This document shows, piece by piece, positions 40,436 to 54,057 of a stretch of 64,000 bases of DNA. The position numbers and the translations under genes were made by a program. The stretch is from Octopus vulgaris (taxonomy: Eukaryota), in NCBI GenBank assembly GCA_951406725.2, contig OX597821.1:7378001-7442000 (forward strand). Direction: 5' to 3'. The notes beneath the pieces were generated by a model. It made no database searches. It saw nothing but the letters and a program-made list of their open reading frames with translations, and was not told where the DNA came from. Each line of letters begins with the position of its first letter. Positions within the stretch are counted from its first letter, which is position 1.

Positions 40436-41999
40436 ATAAAATATAGTACCAGTCATATATTGGTGTCGTTAATGTAGGCTTCAAATTTTGGCACAAGGCC
40501 AGCAAGTTTGGGAGATAGGGTAAGTCAATTATATTGACCCCAGTGCTCAACTGGTACTTATTTTATCAACCCCGAAAGGATGAAAGGCAAAGATGACCTT
40601 GGCAGAATTTGAACAGTATGTAAAAACAGATGAAATACCACTAAGCATTTTGCCCTGCATGTTAATGATTCTGCCAGCTCGCTGCCTTTGGGGTCATTAA
40701 TTCTAACTGTTCCCTGCCTTCACATTTCTGGTATTGTTACTATGTAAGAAATCATCATCAACATCGTTTAACATCTGCTTTCTATGCTGGCGTGAGTTGG
40801 ATGGTTTGACAAGGAGCTGGCCAGGCAGGGAGCTGTCCTGACTCCCACCATCTGTTGTGGTATGGTTTCTACAGCTGGGTGCCCTTTCCAATGTCAACCA
40901 CTTAACAGAGTGTGCTGGGTGCTCCTTACGTGCCACCAGCTCAGGTGCATCAATGCAGCACTGGCACAGGTGCATCAATGCAGCATTCACACAGGTGCTG
41001 TTTAAGTGACATCAGCACCTGAAACAGCAGCCTATATGTGTGGAAGACTTCAGTTTTACTTAGCTTGACGTGTCTTATCAAGTACAGCAAATCAATCTCA
41101 TTTAATTTGGTGTCACATGTTTCAATGTGATTGATGAGTCTGGCTGTTTCTAAGTAACTCAATTCTAGACGCAGATTCACAGAGACACACCCACATGTCG
41201 TTCTCAAGTGACAGTATTTATTATTTTCTTGTTTTTAGGCATGACTCTGCTGTTAAGAAGCTCATTTTGCAATCATGTGGTTTGCATTTCAGTTCCACTG
41301 TACAGTATTTTGGGCAAGTGTCTTCTGCTTTAGCCACGAGTTGACCAATGCCTTGTAAGTGAATTTGGCTGATGGAAATTGTGTGGAAGCCTGCCATTTG
41401 CAAGTGTGTGTGTCTGTATCTCCCCACTAAAGCTTGACAACCAATATTGTTTTATTCCTCATTACTTAGCAGTTCAGCAAAAGAGACAAACAGAATAAGC
41501 ACTGAACTCTTCAAAAAACAAAAAGGTGGTGGGGAAATTAGTTCTGGGATTGATCTGTTCAACTAAACTCTTCAAGGCAGTGCCCCAGCATGGCCACAGT
41601 CTGCTAACTGAAACAAGTAAAAGCTAAGAAAAACAAAAGAGAAGGACCATAAAGTGTTATTTTCGGGTGATATAACTACTATTTCTAGCGGAGGAAGCAA
41701 CCTTGTAGAAACCCCATAGTTGGCTCATATTCCAGTTATGTTGTTCTAACATGTGACAGTTGTATTTCTTTTGGTGCTATGGAATTCTTTCGTTGGCCCA
41801 CAACCTTGGTTCTTGTTGCTGCTGTTGTTGTTGTTGCTGTTGCACCAATTCCACCACACCCTCCGTTATGTTTTTGAATTTCTATTTTACATCCATTTTC
41901 CATGCATCAATGGGTGGGATGGTGTTGTTATTGGGGTAATTGTTTTTGCAGCTGGATGCTGATAACCCTTCCTATTGCTACCCACTCGATGAACCAACG

Positions 42000-42229
42000 A
42001 GAAGGGCCTCTATATGCCAGAACAACCTGCTAGATGTAGCAGTCACAAAATTTTTTTGTTTCTTTCCCTCAAATCACATCCTATGTTTTTAAATTTAAAT
42101 TAAATAAATAAAAAGAACACGTTGGTCAGCACGGTCCCTGACATGCAAAAAAGATGGGGTGGCCACGGTTAGAATGCCTTTGATCATAGGCCCACTTGAC
42201 TGGGGCTATCCTGGGGCCAGCAATAACAG

Positions 42230-42230
<1 letters not shown>
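42000..42230 (+). mobile_element. Family F interspersed repeat (older SINE-like)
   Basis: TAGAAATAGCAGCCAAATCTCCCTCAAATCACA...GAATGCCTTTGATCATAGG motif also at about 5500, 30650-30845, 34025-34925, 42420-42600 (-) and 42880-43485. Confidence 0.6.
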
Positions 42231-42269
<39 letters not shown>

Positions 42270-43004
42270 TCCCACCCCTGTTCAATTATCAAACTTGTGG
42301 TGCATGCAGGGACAGAATACAGTAGACAGTAGCTGCAGATTTGAACTCGTGACTATGCAGTCAGTAATCCCGGGCTTTTACCTTATGTTAATTCTAATGC
42401 TCTATTAAACACTTTTTGCTGTCGTTGTTTGGCCCCTGATGATTCCCTATTTGGCTGATCCATTGATCAAGAATATTCCATCCTTGATCGTAAATGCATG
42501 ATGCATTCAGATGTACACAATACAGAAGGATGTGATTGGAGGGTGATGTGACTGCTATTTCTAGCATGTTGAGCAGTTCTTTAGAGCTGCCCTCACTGAC
42601 TTGTGTTGAACAGTGGTTATTAATAGAAGCAGGTTGGCTGAAAGGAGATGGTATCAGACGAGCTATTCATAGGTTGAGAGTTCAAATCTTACTGTTGGTG
42701 TCCCATTATGGGACAGGACACTGTATTCTACATTCTTTCTATTGACCAGATCATCAGAGAATATTAACTGTGATATACTAAAATCCTATCCAATGAGAGA
42801 TGTAGTTTTCCATCCACTTCCCACCATGAAATCAGAGCTAAGCAACAGCATCCATTGGGCCTGTGATGAATGCCTTTATGTGGATTTTCATTTGGCTAGA
42901 AGTAACAGCCAAATATCCTTCAAATCACACTCTATCTTAAAAAGAAATGGTGGTTAGGTTACACTAGTTAATGTAGTCCTGGAAGCACTGTACTTGAAAT
43001 ATGT

Positions 43005-43405
43005 TACTCTTTCTTTTACTCTTTTACTTGTTTCAGTCATTTGACTGTGGCCATGCTGGAGCACGGCCTTTAGTCGAGCAGATCGACCCCAGGACTTATT
43101 CTTTGTAAGCCTGGTACTTATTCTATCATTTTCTTTTGTCGAACCACTAGGTTATGGGGACATAAACACACCAGCATCAGTTGTCAAGCAATGTTGCGGG
43201 GGACAAGCACAGACACATAAACATATGCACACATACATACATATATATGACAGGCTTCTTTCAGTTTCCGTCTACCAAATCCGCTCACAAGGCTTTGGTC
43301 AACCCGAGGCTATAGTAGAAGACACTTGCCCAAGGTGTCATGCAGTGGGAATGAACCCAGAACCATGTGGTTGGTAAGCAAGCTACTTACCACACAGCCA
43401 CTCCT
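43005..43405 (-). mobile_element. Family A SINE, full length
   Basis: Matches consensus; an inverted partner copy lies at 43553-43912 (+). Confidence 0.9.
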
Positions 43406-44432
43406 GTGACTATGTTGATGGCTGGAACACTTATGATCATAAATTTGTTTTAAATAGGATTAACTAAGGCCTGAACAACAGCATCAACTCTTTAGGAGAC
43501 AGACATTTTTTAAATGTTAATCTGAAATGAAGGCAATAAACTAAAGATAAATAGGTGCAGACATGGCTGTGTGGTAAGAAGCTTGCTTTGCAACCACATG
43601 GTTCTGGGTTCAATTCCACTGTGTGGCACTTTGGGCTAACCAAAAGCCTTGTGAGTGGATTTGGTAGACAGGAAACTGAAAGAAGCCCATCATATCTATA
43701 TATGTGTGTGTGTCTATGTGTCTGTTTTTGTCCCCCACCACTGCATGATAACCAGTGTTTGTGTGTTTACATCCCTGTAACTTAGCAGTTCAGCAAAAGA
43801 GGCCAAGGTTTAAAGAAAAAAAAAGTGCTGTGGTTGATTCATTCAATTAAACATTTTTCAAGGCAGTGCCCCAGCATGGCCACAGTCTAATGATGGAAAC
43901 AAGTAAAAAAGATTAAATAAATTAATAAACTCTAAAAAATTGCTGTTAAGCAGCCTCTTTCTCCAACCAATTTTTGCTTGAAGAATTGATTAAAAAAATA
44001 ACAAATAAATTTTTTTTTTAAAATAAGTAAAACGAAACAAGAGAAACAGAAAAAAAGCATCTTTGTTATGAGTTGAGTGATTGATTCATGAAACATCTTG
44101 TATCAGTTTGTTTCAGGATTTGATCTGGTCAGATTATCGTGGCTAAAACCAACTCTTTATTTTACACTCTGGAAGCTAAGCTTCTGCAGTATCATTTTAA
44201 CTCAGTAGTTTATTAATATTAAAATGTCTCTCACAGTTTTGATATTGTTTTCTGAAGATGTTTTACTTCTGTCGTTGATCATCTGTCTCCACCAGTTCCT
44301 GCAAGTTCATTTATTTGGAAGGTTGTCCACCCAGCCGAACTACCACACACACACACACCATTACTCAACTGGTACTTCTTTAATCGACTCCAAAAGAATG
44401 AAAGGCAAAGTCAAAAGGATTATTATTATTAT

Positions 44433-44467
<35 letters not shown>

Positions 44468-45240
44468 TGTTGGACAAAATGCCTTGTGGTATTTGTTCTG
44501 GCTGTTCATGTTCTGAGTTGAATTCTAACCAAGATTAACCATATTTTTCATCCCCCTAGGGTAGATAAAATAAAATACCATTCAACTACTAGGATCAATG
44601 GCATCCCCTAACCTGTCCCCACAAAATGGCTGGTATTGTGCCTAAATCAGAAACATGTGATGAGCTATGGCTGCAAACTATGAAGTTACTGTTTGCAGCT
44701 AGGCTTGAACTGGTGGTGTTAGCTAACGCTTGAACTGGTGGTGTTAGCTAACGCTTGCTGTTTAAATCATTTCCTAGCTCTACACTTTCAAATTCATTTG
44801 GAATAAAAACACATCCATCTCTTAGAAACCAGATAAGGGCTGGCAACAGAAATGGTATCCAACCATAAAAATCCTGCCTCAAAATCCTCTCCTCTTCCCT
44901 GTGTAACAAACAAACAATATACATATTCAAAAATTATGAAATGAAGCTAAAAATCACAGAGTGGTCAAGTGTAGGAATGGCTGTGAGATTAAAAAGTTCA
45001 GGTTGCAACCTGTTTCTGTGTGTCTTTTTTTACTTGTTCCTCGCTACCACTTAACTGCTGTTGGTTTGTTTACATCCCTATAACTTAGTGGCTTGGCAAA
45101 AGAGACTGATTGAGTAAGTACCAAGCTTAAATAATGACTATCAGGGTCAGTTTGTTTGACCAAAGACCTTCAAGACGATGCCTCAGTATGGCTGCTGTCC
45201 AATGAATAAGACAAACAAATCATGGAAGATATACAAGATC

Positions 45241-45401
45241 GGTGCTGGAGTGGCTGTGTGGTAAGTAGCTTGCTTACCAACCACGTGGTTCTGGGTTTGG
45301 TTCCACTGCATGGCACCTTGGGCAAGTGCCTTCTACTGTTGCTCAGGCCGACCAAAGACTTGTGAGTGCATTTGGTAGACGGAAACTGAAAAAAACCCGT
45401 C

Positions 45402-45455
<54 letters not shown>

Positions 45456-45655
45456 TTGTCCCCCCCCCAACATCGCTTGACAACTGATGCTGGTGTGCTT
45501 ACGTCCCCGTAACTTAGCGGTTCAGCAAGAGAGAGCGATAGAATAAGTACTAGGCTTATAAACAATAAGTCCTGGGGTCGATTTGCTCGACTAAAAGCAG
45601 TGCTCCAGCATGGCCACAGTCAAATGACTGAAACAAATAAAAGAGAAAAAGAAAA
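45241..45655 (+). mobile_element. Family A SINE, full length
   Basis: Matches consensus. Confidence 0.9.
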
Positions 45656-45664
45656 GAAAAATTG

Positions 45665-45703
<39 letters not shown>

Positions 45704-46163
45704 ACTTGTGTTCTAAAATTATTCCTATTGAAAGCTCCTGGTTTTGTCTCATTGAAAGTCTCAAGAAACTCTGGTATTTACCTTCCAAATATATTCCGGT
45801 TGGCCTCTTTTGCAAATTAATCAAAGCCAAATTGATTTCCTCCAAAGTCTGCATCGATTACATTCCAGGTTATTTTGTCTGCATGCATGCAATATATATT
45901 GGGTATATATCTGTGTATGTGTGTGTGTGTGTGTGTGACAGAGAGAGAGAGAGACAGAGACAGACTATGGGTGAAAGAGAGGTTGGGATATATAGATCAT
46001 TGTATCTTTCTTACAGTTTCATACTCATTTCTTATACACACACAATTACACACACTCCATATTATGTGTGTGTGTATGTCTATGTCTCTCTCCCCCTTCT
46101 CACCCTCCCCTGTCTCTCGCTCTCTCTCTCTCTCTCTGTACATATATATACATATATATATAT

Positions 46164-46209
<46 letters not shown>

Positions 46210-46347
46210 TGGCAGTTCCAGTGTTGTTTATGGTGCCATACAGTCAATTAACCCGGTAATGATATATTCTGTCAAGTTATATTAATGTCAGTTGGATATT
46301 GGATGCATTTTGCATAATGTACATACTCTCTCTCTCTCTCTCTCTCT

Positions 46348-46378
<31 letters not shown>

Positions 46379-46699
46379 TCCTGAGGCTTCTCTCTGTTAC
46401 TACTCAAAGTTTGTGTTTCTATTTTTTCACACCAGCCAATGAATAAATTTCACTATGTGCATTCAGTACATTCTCTGAAAATTGAAACACACACACACAC
46501 ACATACGGACGTCGTTTGTATTTATTTATTAGAATAATTTCCCATACAAGACTAATCTTGTTGCTTTCATTTTAGAATTTGTTTGACATCTAAACTGAAA
46601 GAAAGCTGCCTCGTCTTGTAACGGTCAATATTTTATTTCATCCATCCATCTCCGCCACCCCCACCAACAATTCCTGGGATGGTCTTAGAAGTAGCGACC

Positions 46700-48235
46700 A
46701 CAGGCACCTCTTCCATGGGGTACTATCAGAAGCACCTGTCATTACACTTTCCAATTAGATTTCCATGCGCAACCAAGGCAACGGATATTACCCAACAATC
46801 TCAATCTTAGCCTTGCCTGCATTTCTCTTGCCAAAAGGCTCAGCTTGAAGAATCCATCTTATGATTCATTCTGGTGAGATTCTGATTACATGTCTGCGGT
46901 GCCAGAGCTGTCACCTCCCAATGCACAGAAGTAGTAACTTGACCTGGAGAGACTCCCTCATAATCTCCAAACTACACGCCTTGTTGAACTGAATTACATT
47001 TTTTACAGAGATCCTTTAAAGCAGCCCCTTTTCAGCTACTTATATTCGTGATTGTACTCTTTTGAAGCACTCTTCCTTTGGGTCTTATCAGAAGCAACTG
47101 TATTTACACTTTCCACACGTGACCAATTGAGACTATATGTATTATCCAATCATCTGATTCTCGGTCCACTCCTAGGTCTTCCGTTGAGGCATGTGGCTTA
47201 GTGGTTAGGGTGTTGGACTCATAATTATAAGATTGGAGTTTCAGTTCCTGGACCGGGCAACGTGTTCTTGAGCATAACACTTCATGTTGCTCAAGTCCAC
47301 TCAGCTGTCAAAAATGAGTAATCCTGCGATAGACCGGTGTCCCATCCAGGGAAGGAATCTATACACCATGGAAACTGGGAAACTGGCCCTTATGAGTCAG
47401 TATGACTTGAGAAGTTACCTTTACCTTATCTAGGTCTTTTGCCAGTTGGCTCAGCTTGAAGAATCCATCTTGCGTTTCTTTCCTGCAGCATTCTAATCAC
47501 ATATCTCTTGGGCTGGATCTTTGACCATTCAATGCAGAGAAGTACTAACTGAACCTGGACAGATACTCTGATCTCAAAACTATGCACCCTGTTTAGTAAC
47601 ATTATTCCAGAGATCCTTTGAAGCAACCCTGTTCCAGCTGTTAGCATTTGTGATCATGCTCTTTTGAGACACCGTTTCCATTGGGTCTTTTCAGAAGCAA
47701 CTCTATTTACACTTTTCAGCTGGATTTCTAAGCATGACCAAACTGAGGTTATGGATATTATCCAAGCCAACATCTCATTCTTAGTCTAAAGACCCCCTTC
47801 AGTCATGAATAACCATGGGATTGCATCTAGAAGGCACAAGTCCAGGTAAGGTTGTTTCTGGAAGACCAGCAACCACCCATGCATACTAGCCTGCCTTCTC
47901 TATACCATTATATGTACATAGGGTAAAGGGTAATGATCTTTGGCCATGAATGACAATGCTATTGCACCTCAAATGTTACCCTCCGAGCAATAACTCTGAG
48001 CAAGGTTGTTTGTGGAAGACCAGCAATCACCCATGCCTCCCCTCTCAACTGATGTTATCCAAGGGAAAGGCAAAGGTCAATACAGCTTGGTACCAATGAC
48101 ATCACAGCTCATTTCTACAGCTGAGGGAACTTGCTCAAGAACACAACACCCAGCCCGGTCTGGGAATCAAACTCACTACCTCATGATTGTGAACCTGCTG
48201 CCGTAACCTCTGAGCCTACCCCTAGGTCTTCTGCT
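46700..48235 (-). mobile_element. Tandemly repeated 3' fragments of an RTE-clade LINE, interrupted by two SINEs
   Basis: 47426-47647 (-) translates LLQRISGIMLLNRVHSFEIR...YVIRMLQERNARWILQAEPTGKRPR, resembling the RTE C-terminal motif; unit boundary GGGTCTTATCAGAAGCA recurs near 46718, 47080 and 47683. Confidence 0.72.
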
Positions 48236-48696
48236 GTGTAAAATTCCAGCTAATTAGGTGCACAATTGTAGCTTACAACATGGAGTATACGTTCATTTTT
48301 ATGTCATCACCATCACTTTATCATCCACTTTTCCATGCTTGCATGGATTGGACAGTTTCTTGAGGCAGATTTTCTATGGCTGAAGGCCCTTCCTATCACC
48401 AACCTTTATCTGTTTTCCAAGCAAGGTAATATTTTCTCTGTGGCCAGACTTGTTTTGAACTGAAGACTGGAAATGAAAATCACATGTATGACAGTTATAA
48501 CCAAACCATCCTTTAATATCAATATAAGGGGACACATACACACACATGCATATGGGTTTCATACAGTTTCTCTCTATCAAATCCAGTTACAAAGCTTTGG
48601 TCAGCTTGAGGCTGTAGCAGAAGTCAGTTGCTTAAGGTACTGCACAGTGGGACCTCAGCCAAGTATATATGTGTGTGTGTATACATACATAGACAT

Positions 48697-48758
<62 letters not shown>

Positions 48759-48767
48759 CGATGATGA

Positions 48768-49030
48768 TGTTATATTTCGGAATGGTCATATTGCCAGTTT
48801 AGCCAATAAAAACACATGCACTATATATTTGGTGTTATTTTGCTTCAGTGTTATTTATTTTTTACTTTAATCTTAACCTTATTTCAGACAGAGTTCTTTC
48901 GTCACACTCCTGTGACCGCATCAGTGGTCCTTTGTTTTCTTCTTTCTTATTTGTGTCCCTCCTTACTAACCGTTAGCCATTTTGTATTTTATTGGCTAAA
49001 CTGGCAAAATGACCATTCCGAAATATAACA
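48768..49030. mobile_element. Short Penelope-like element bounded by 44-bp inverted repeats
   Basis: 48768-48811 mirrors 48987-49030 with 1 mismatch; (TA)n on both sides; internal hammerhead-like motif. Confidence 0.7.
48887..48929 (-). ncRNA. Degenerate hammerhead motif
   Basis: Reverse complement reads GACCA-CTGATGC-G-GTCACA(GGAG)TGTGAC-GAAA-GAAC-TC-TGTC; perfect 6-bp stem II, core A>C change, imperfect stem I. Confidence 0.5.
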
Positions 49031-49225
49031 ATATCTGTTTCAACACACGACTTCACATAAAAAATCTTGAACAACAAATATATATATATATATATGTAAA
49101 TGTATATATGTATATATATATATAAATATATAAATGTAAATGTATATATATATATATATATATATAAATGTATATATCATTGCCGTTTAACGTCAGCTTT
49201 CCATGCTGGCATGGGTTGGACCATG

Positions 49226-49257
<32 letters not shown>

Positions 49258-49834
49258 TGCACACACATACATCATACATACAAAAAATATATGTATATAC
49301 ATACACACATATATATATGTGTTTGTGTAGTATATACTTGTGTGTTGTGTGTATGTAGCATATGTATATGAAATGTATTTTTAGTATATATAATACACAC
49401 CCACGCATGTGGGTGTGTGTGTGGGTGGGTGATAAATATTTACATAGGTATTAAAGCTTGCTTCAAAGGTTATTTCTCCTAACGTCTCTATTTCTCATCT
49501 AAATGAGTCCGACCTATAGATTCTGTTTCTCTTGACTCCATGTAGTGTCAACACAAAATGTTGTTCTTATGACATTACCAAATAAACAGTTAAGTGGTGC
49601 TACTCTGGCACTGTGTGCTCTGCTCGCTATGGCTTCATATCACCCTTCAGAGGTAAATAACTGTGACTAAATGGCTTCAGATTAAAGTCCCATATGTCAT
49701 CCTGGTAATTGTCTGTAGTTTTGGTCTTTTTGTCATCACAGGTGTTTTGTATATATAGTTTTTCTCTTTTGCTCCTTGTCTAAGCATTTCCATGGCTTGG
49801 GTCTTCTATTTGTCATCTCATTATGAACAAGTGT

Positions 49835-50238
49835 TACTCTCTCTTTACTCTTTTACTTGTTTCAGTCATTTGACTGTGGCCATGCTGGAGCACCGCCTTT
49901 AATCGAGCAACTCGACCCCGGGACTTACTCTTTTGTAAGCCTAGTACTTATTCTATCGGTCTCTTTTGCTGAACCGCTAAGTAACGGGGACATAAATACA
50001 CCAGCATCGGTTGACAAGCAATGCTAGGGGGACAAACACACAAACACATACACATATATATATATACATATATACGACAGGCTTCTTTCAGTTTCCGTCT
50101 ACCAAATCCACTCACAAGGCATTGGTCGGCCCGGGGCTATAGCAGAAGACACTTGCCCAAGATGCCACGCAGTGGGACTGAACCCGGAACCATGTGGTTG
50201 GTAGGCAAGCTACTTACCACACAGCCACTCCTGCGCCT
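49835..50238 (-). mobile_element. Family A SINE, full length
   Basis: Nearly identical to 2355-2766. Confidence 0.9.
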
Positions 50239-50272
50239 ATGGAAATAAGCATTTTTTTCTTTTATTCTTTAA

Positions 50273-50492
50273 GCCTTTACTTTTCAGATTACTCTGTCAA
50301 AATGTAATACTTATTTATTCACATTTCATAAAATTAATCCTGTATTACCTCATAACTCTGATATTTCGAAGATATGATTGATTATTTTTAGAATGACATT
50401 GCTGGGTAGGTGTGAGAGGTCTGATCTGATCAGTTTTAGTATAGAACAGGTTGGATATATGGACCGGATATGGTTGTTTCAATGCTAAAGGG
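50273..50492. mobile_element. piggyBac-like MITE
   Basis: TTAA flanks at 50269-50272 and 50493-50496; right end AATGCTAAAGGG. Confidence 0.78.
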
Positions 50493-51189
50493 TTAAAGCA
50501 TATATGATCCACTTTCTCAAGAAATATTTCGCTTAATCCTTTAAATAGTCAGCAATTTAGGGAAATAAAGTTTTATTCATTATTAAATGTTTGACATTTC
50601 ACCTTTTCATCTTTTACTTGTTCCAGTCATTGGACTGTGGCCATGCTGGAGCACCACCCAGAAAGGATTTAGTCAAGCAAATTGACCTCAGCGCTTATTT
50701 TTTTAAAAGCCTGGCATTTGTTCTATTGGTTTCTTTTGCCAAACCAATAGAACCACAGTTTTATTGCTTTAATTTCAACTAAGGCACTGCCTTGAAGAAT
50801 TTTTAGTTGAACGAATCAACCCCGGTACTTTACTTTTTAACTCCAATATTTAGTCTATTGGTCTCTTTTTGCTGAACTACTAAGTTACGGTGAAATTAAC
50901 ACACCAGCACCAGTTGTTAAGTGGTGGTGGGTGACAAACGCAGACACACTGACATACACATACATACATGACAGGCTTCTTTCAGTTTCCTTCTACCAAA
51001 TCCACTCACAAGGCTTTGGTCAGCCTGAAGCTATAGCAAAAGACACTTTCCCAAGTTCCCATGCAGTGGGACTGAACCCAGAACCATGTGGTTGGGAAAC
51101 AAACTTCTTACCATTCAGCCAACCTGTGCCCATGGTTTCTTTTTATTATGCTCAGTTTTGTGGTTGGGCTTATTATATAATAATGTAAT

Positions 51190-51569
51190 GGAAGCACTCC
51201 ATCGGTTACGACGACGAGGGTTCCGGTTGATCCGATCAACGGAACAGCCTGCTCGTGAAATTAACGTGTAAGTGGCTGAGCACTCCACAGACACGTGCAC
51301 CCTTAACGTAGTTCTCGAGGATATTCAGCATGACACAGAGAGTGACAAGGCCGGCCCCTTGAAATACAGGTACAACAGAAACAGGAAGTAAGAGTGAGAG
51401 AAAGTTGTGGTGAAAGAGTACAGCAGGGATCACCACCATCCCTGCCGGAGCTTCATGGAGCTTTAGGTGTTTTCGCTCAATAAACACTCACAACGCCAGG
51501 TCTGGGAATCAAAACCGCGATCCTATGACCGCGAGTCCGCTGCCCTAACCACTGGGCCATTGCGCCTCC
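51190..51569 (-). mobile_element. Family D tRNA-derived SINE (tail type 2) with 11-bp TSD
   Basis: Same head and body as 15137-15437 but a different 3' half; TSD AATAATGTAAT at 51179-51189 and 51570-51580. Confidence 0.9.
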
Positions 51570-52375
51570 AATAATGTAATATTTTACATCTGAGAGAAGT
51601 GTTCATAAACTACAAATAATTAGAATAAAAATTGATATAAGCATTGCTTGTTTCTTTGTCCAAGTGGGGTTTTTCCCTCATAGTGATTCTGTCATATACT
51701 CCTTAAGTTAGTGTTTTTGGTATGCTTTTAATCCATTTGGAACCCTTTCTCGCACCACCTTTCTGTCTTCTCAAAGCTCAACTGGTAATATTTTATTCTG
51801 TCACCCAGAGTTAAATATACAGAACCTCTTCATATAATTGTAGCTTCGTTCATCCATTCAAAAGTAGAAGAGGCACAAGGGTGATTGTGTGGTAAGAAGC
51901 TTGCTTCCCATCTACATGGTTCTGGGCTCTGTTCCACTGCATGGCACCTTGAGCAAGTGTCTTTTACTATAGCTTTGAGCTGACCAAGGCCTTGTGAGTG
52001 GATTTGGTAGATTGAACCCAGAATCATGTGATTGGGACACAAACTTCTTAACTCTCAGCCACACCTACTACTAAGTATATTGTTTGTAAATCTTTTGTAA
52101 AAATAAGGACGATACACACACAACACGCAGAGCTTTAATAATAAAGTATATATATATATATATATATATATATGTTCTTTTATTCTTTTATTTGTTTTCA
52201 GTTATTTGGCTGTGGCCATGCTGGAGCACGACTTTTAGTCAAATATATCCACCCCAAGACTTATTCTTTGTAAGCCCAGTACTTATTCTATCAGTCTCTT
52301 TTGCCAAACCACTAAGTTACAGGAACATAAGCACACTAACATCGGTTATCAAACACAGAGACACAAACATATACA

Positions 52376-52434
<59 letters not shown>

Positions 52435-52462
52435 ATATATATATATAATATATATATATATA

Positions 52463-52872
52463 CTAGCAGCTAAGCCCGGTTTCACCCGGTCAGTTTGGAT
52501 GGTGTGGCTGTGATTGTTTTATGTTAGGCATAATCTATAACAGCATTTGTCAACCTTATCATTTCGACTCCCCTGTTTCAATTGGAGCCTCCAGCTATAT
52601 GAAAAATTCCTGACCCCACCCTGTCAGAAAACAGCTTCTAAGCAACTGGTTATTTTAATGATAGATGAAAGAGGGAAATTCCATTACAATAAGTTTTGAT
52701 CGATTTTCTCAGTAAGTATGGGGGGTTAGGAAAAAAATACAAACTGCATTCCAATCTATTCACCTGTCTCCACACGGGTGCCATTTTCCATGCGAATCCA
52801 CCCAGCCGTTTGGCTGTGAACCTCAAGACAAGAAAGAATACAACAATCGCTCATGTCCAATTTATATTATAG
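52463..52872 (-). mobile_element. Non-autonomous Helitron-like element
   Basis: Reverse complement starts CTATAATATAAA and ends CCGGGTGAAACCGGG-CTTAGCTG-CTAG|T (GC-rich hairpin plus CTAG terminus); inserted in the (TA)n of a family A SINE. Confidence 0.75.
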
Positions 52873-53240
52873 GCACAGGAGTGGCTGTGTGATAAGTAGC
52901 TTGCTTACCAACCACACGGTTCTGGGTTCAGTCCCACTGCATGGCACCTTGGGCAAGTGTCTTCTACTGTAGCCTCGGGCCGATCAAAGCCTTGTAAGTG
53001 GATTTGTTAGACGGAAACTGAAAGAAGCCTGTCATATGTATATGTTTGTTCCTCCACCATTGCTTGACAACCAATGTTAGTGTGTTTATGTTCGTGTAAC
53101 TTAGCAGTTTGGCAAAAGAGAATGCTAGAATAAGTACTAGGCTTACGAAGTATAAGTCCTAGTGTCAATTTGCTTGACTAAATGCAGTGCTCCAGCATGG
53201 CCACAGTCAAATGACTGAAACAAATAGAAGAGTAAAAGAA
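52873..53240 (+). mobile_element. Family A SINE
   Basis: Matches consensus. Confidence 0.88.
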
Positions 53241-53413
53241 TATAGACACACACACCTTAAAAGTAAACAGATGCCTCATTATATAGACATTCATATATAG
53301 ATATATCATCATTTAACGTCTGTTTTCCATGCTGACATGGGTTGGATGGCTTGACTGGAGCTGGAAATATGTAGATAATGCAGGCTGTCTATTTACTTTT
53401 GAGGTATCCATGC

Positions 53414-53463
<50 letters not shown>

Positions 53464-53648
53464 TAATAAATATTAGGGAATAAATCCAAATTTACAGGGA
53501 AAAATCAGATTTAGGATTGAATCCAATTTTATAGTAAAATATAATATAATATTAATTAGAGACAAAACCACTATTATGCAAATCAAACAAAGAAAGACTT
53601 AATCCAATACATAAAAAATTTTATATAAATTAACTATAATTAAGATAT

Positions 53649-53694
53649 CCACTACGATCGTTTCTTGTCACTTCTATGGACATTCATCAGGTGG
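53649..53694 (-). ncRNA. Minimal type I hammerhead ribozyme motif (left arm of palindrome)
   Basis: Reverse complement reads CCAC-CTGATGA-A-TGTC(CATAGAAGT)GACA-A-GAAA-CGATCG-TA-GTGG. Confidence 0.75.
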
Positions 53695-53750
53695 TTTCAA
53701 GACCGTCTATGCAATTTTGATAGTTCAAAATTGCATAGAAGGTCTTGAAA

Positions 53751-53796
53751 CCACCTGATGAATGTCCATTGAATTGACAAGAAACGATCGTAGTGG
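53751..53796 (+). ncRNA. Minimal type I hammerhead ribozyme motif (right arm of palindrome)
   Basis: CCAC-CTGATGA-A-TGTC(CATTGAATT)GACA-A-GAAA-CGATCG-TA-GTGG; palindromic ACGATCGT stem III, GUA triplet. Confidence 0.75.
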
Positions 53797-54013
53797 ATAT
53801 CTTAATTATATTTAATTTATATAAAATTTTTTATGTATTGGATTAAGTCTTTCTTTGTTTGATTTGCATAATAGTGGTTTTGTCTCTAATTAATATTATA
53901 TATATATATATATATATGTACACACTCACATAAGTAGGGGTGTGTTGCGTTCCATTAATAAATGAAAAATGAAAAAAATGTATGGTAAATAAACAAACAA
54001 ATGACATAATGTA

Positions 54014-54057
<44 letters not shown>

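Larger units (their letters stand above)
53544..53901. repeat. Near-perfect 358-bp palindrome (177-bp arms, 4-nt spacer)
   Basis: Arms 53544-53720 and 53725-53901 around TAGT; about 4 mismatches counted by eye; flanked by (TA)n. Confidence 0.96.

Noticed and set aside
46855-46992. HLMIHSGE...CLRC motif resembling a C2H2 zinc finger
   Set aside because: Spacing does not fit C2H2, and the opposite strand is explained by an RTE LINE C-terminal fragment.
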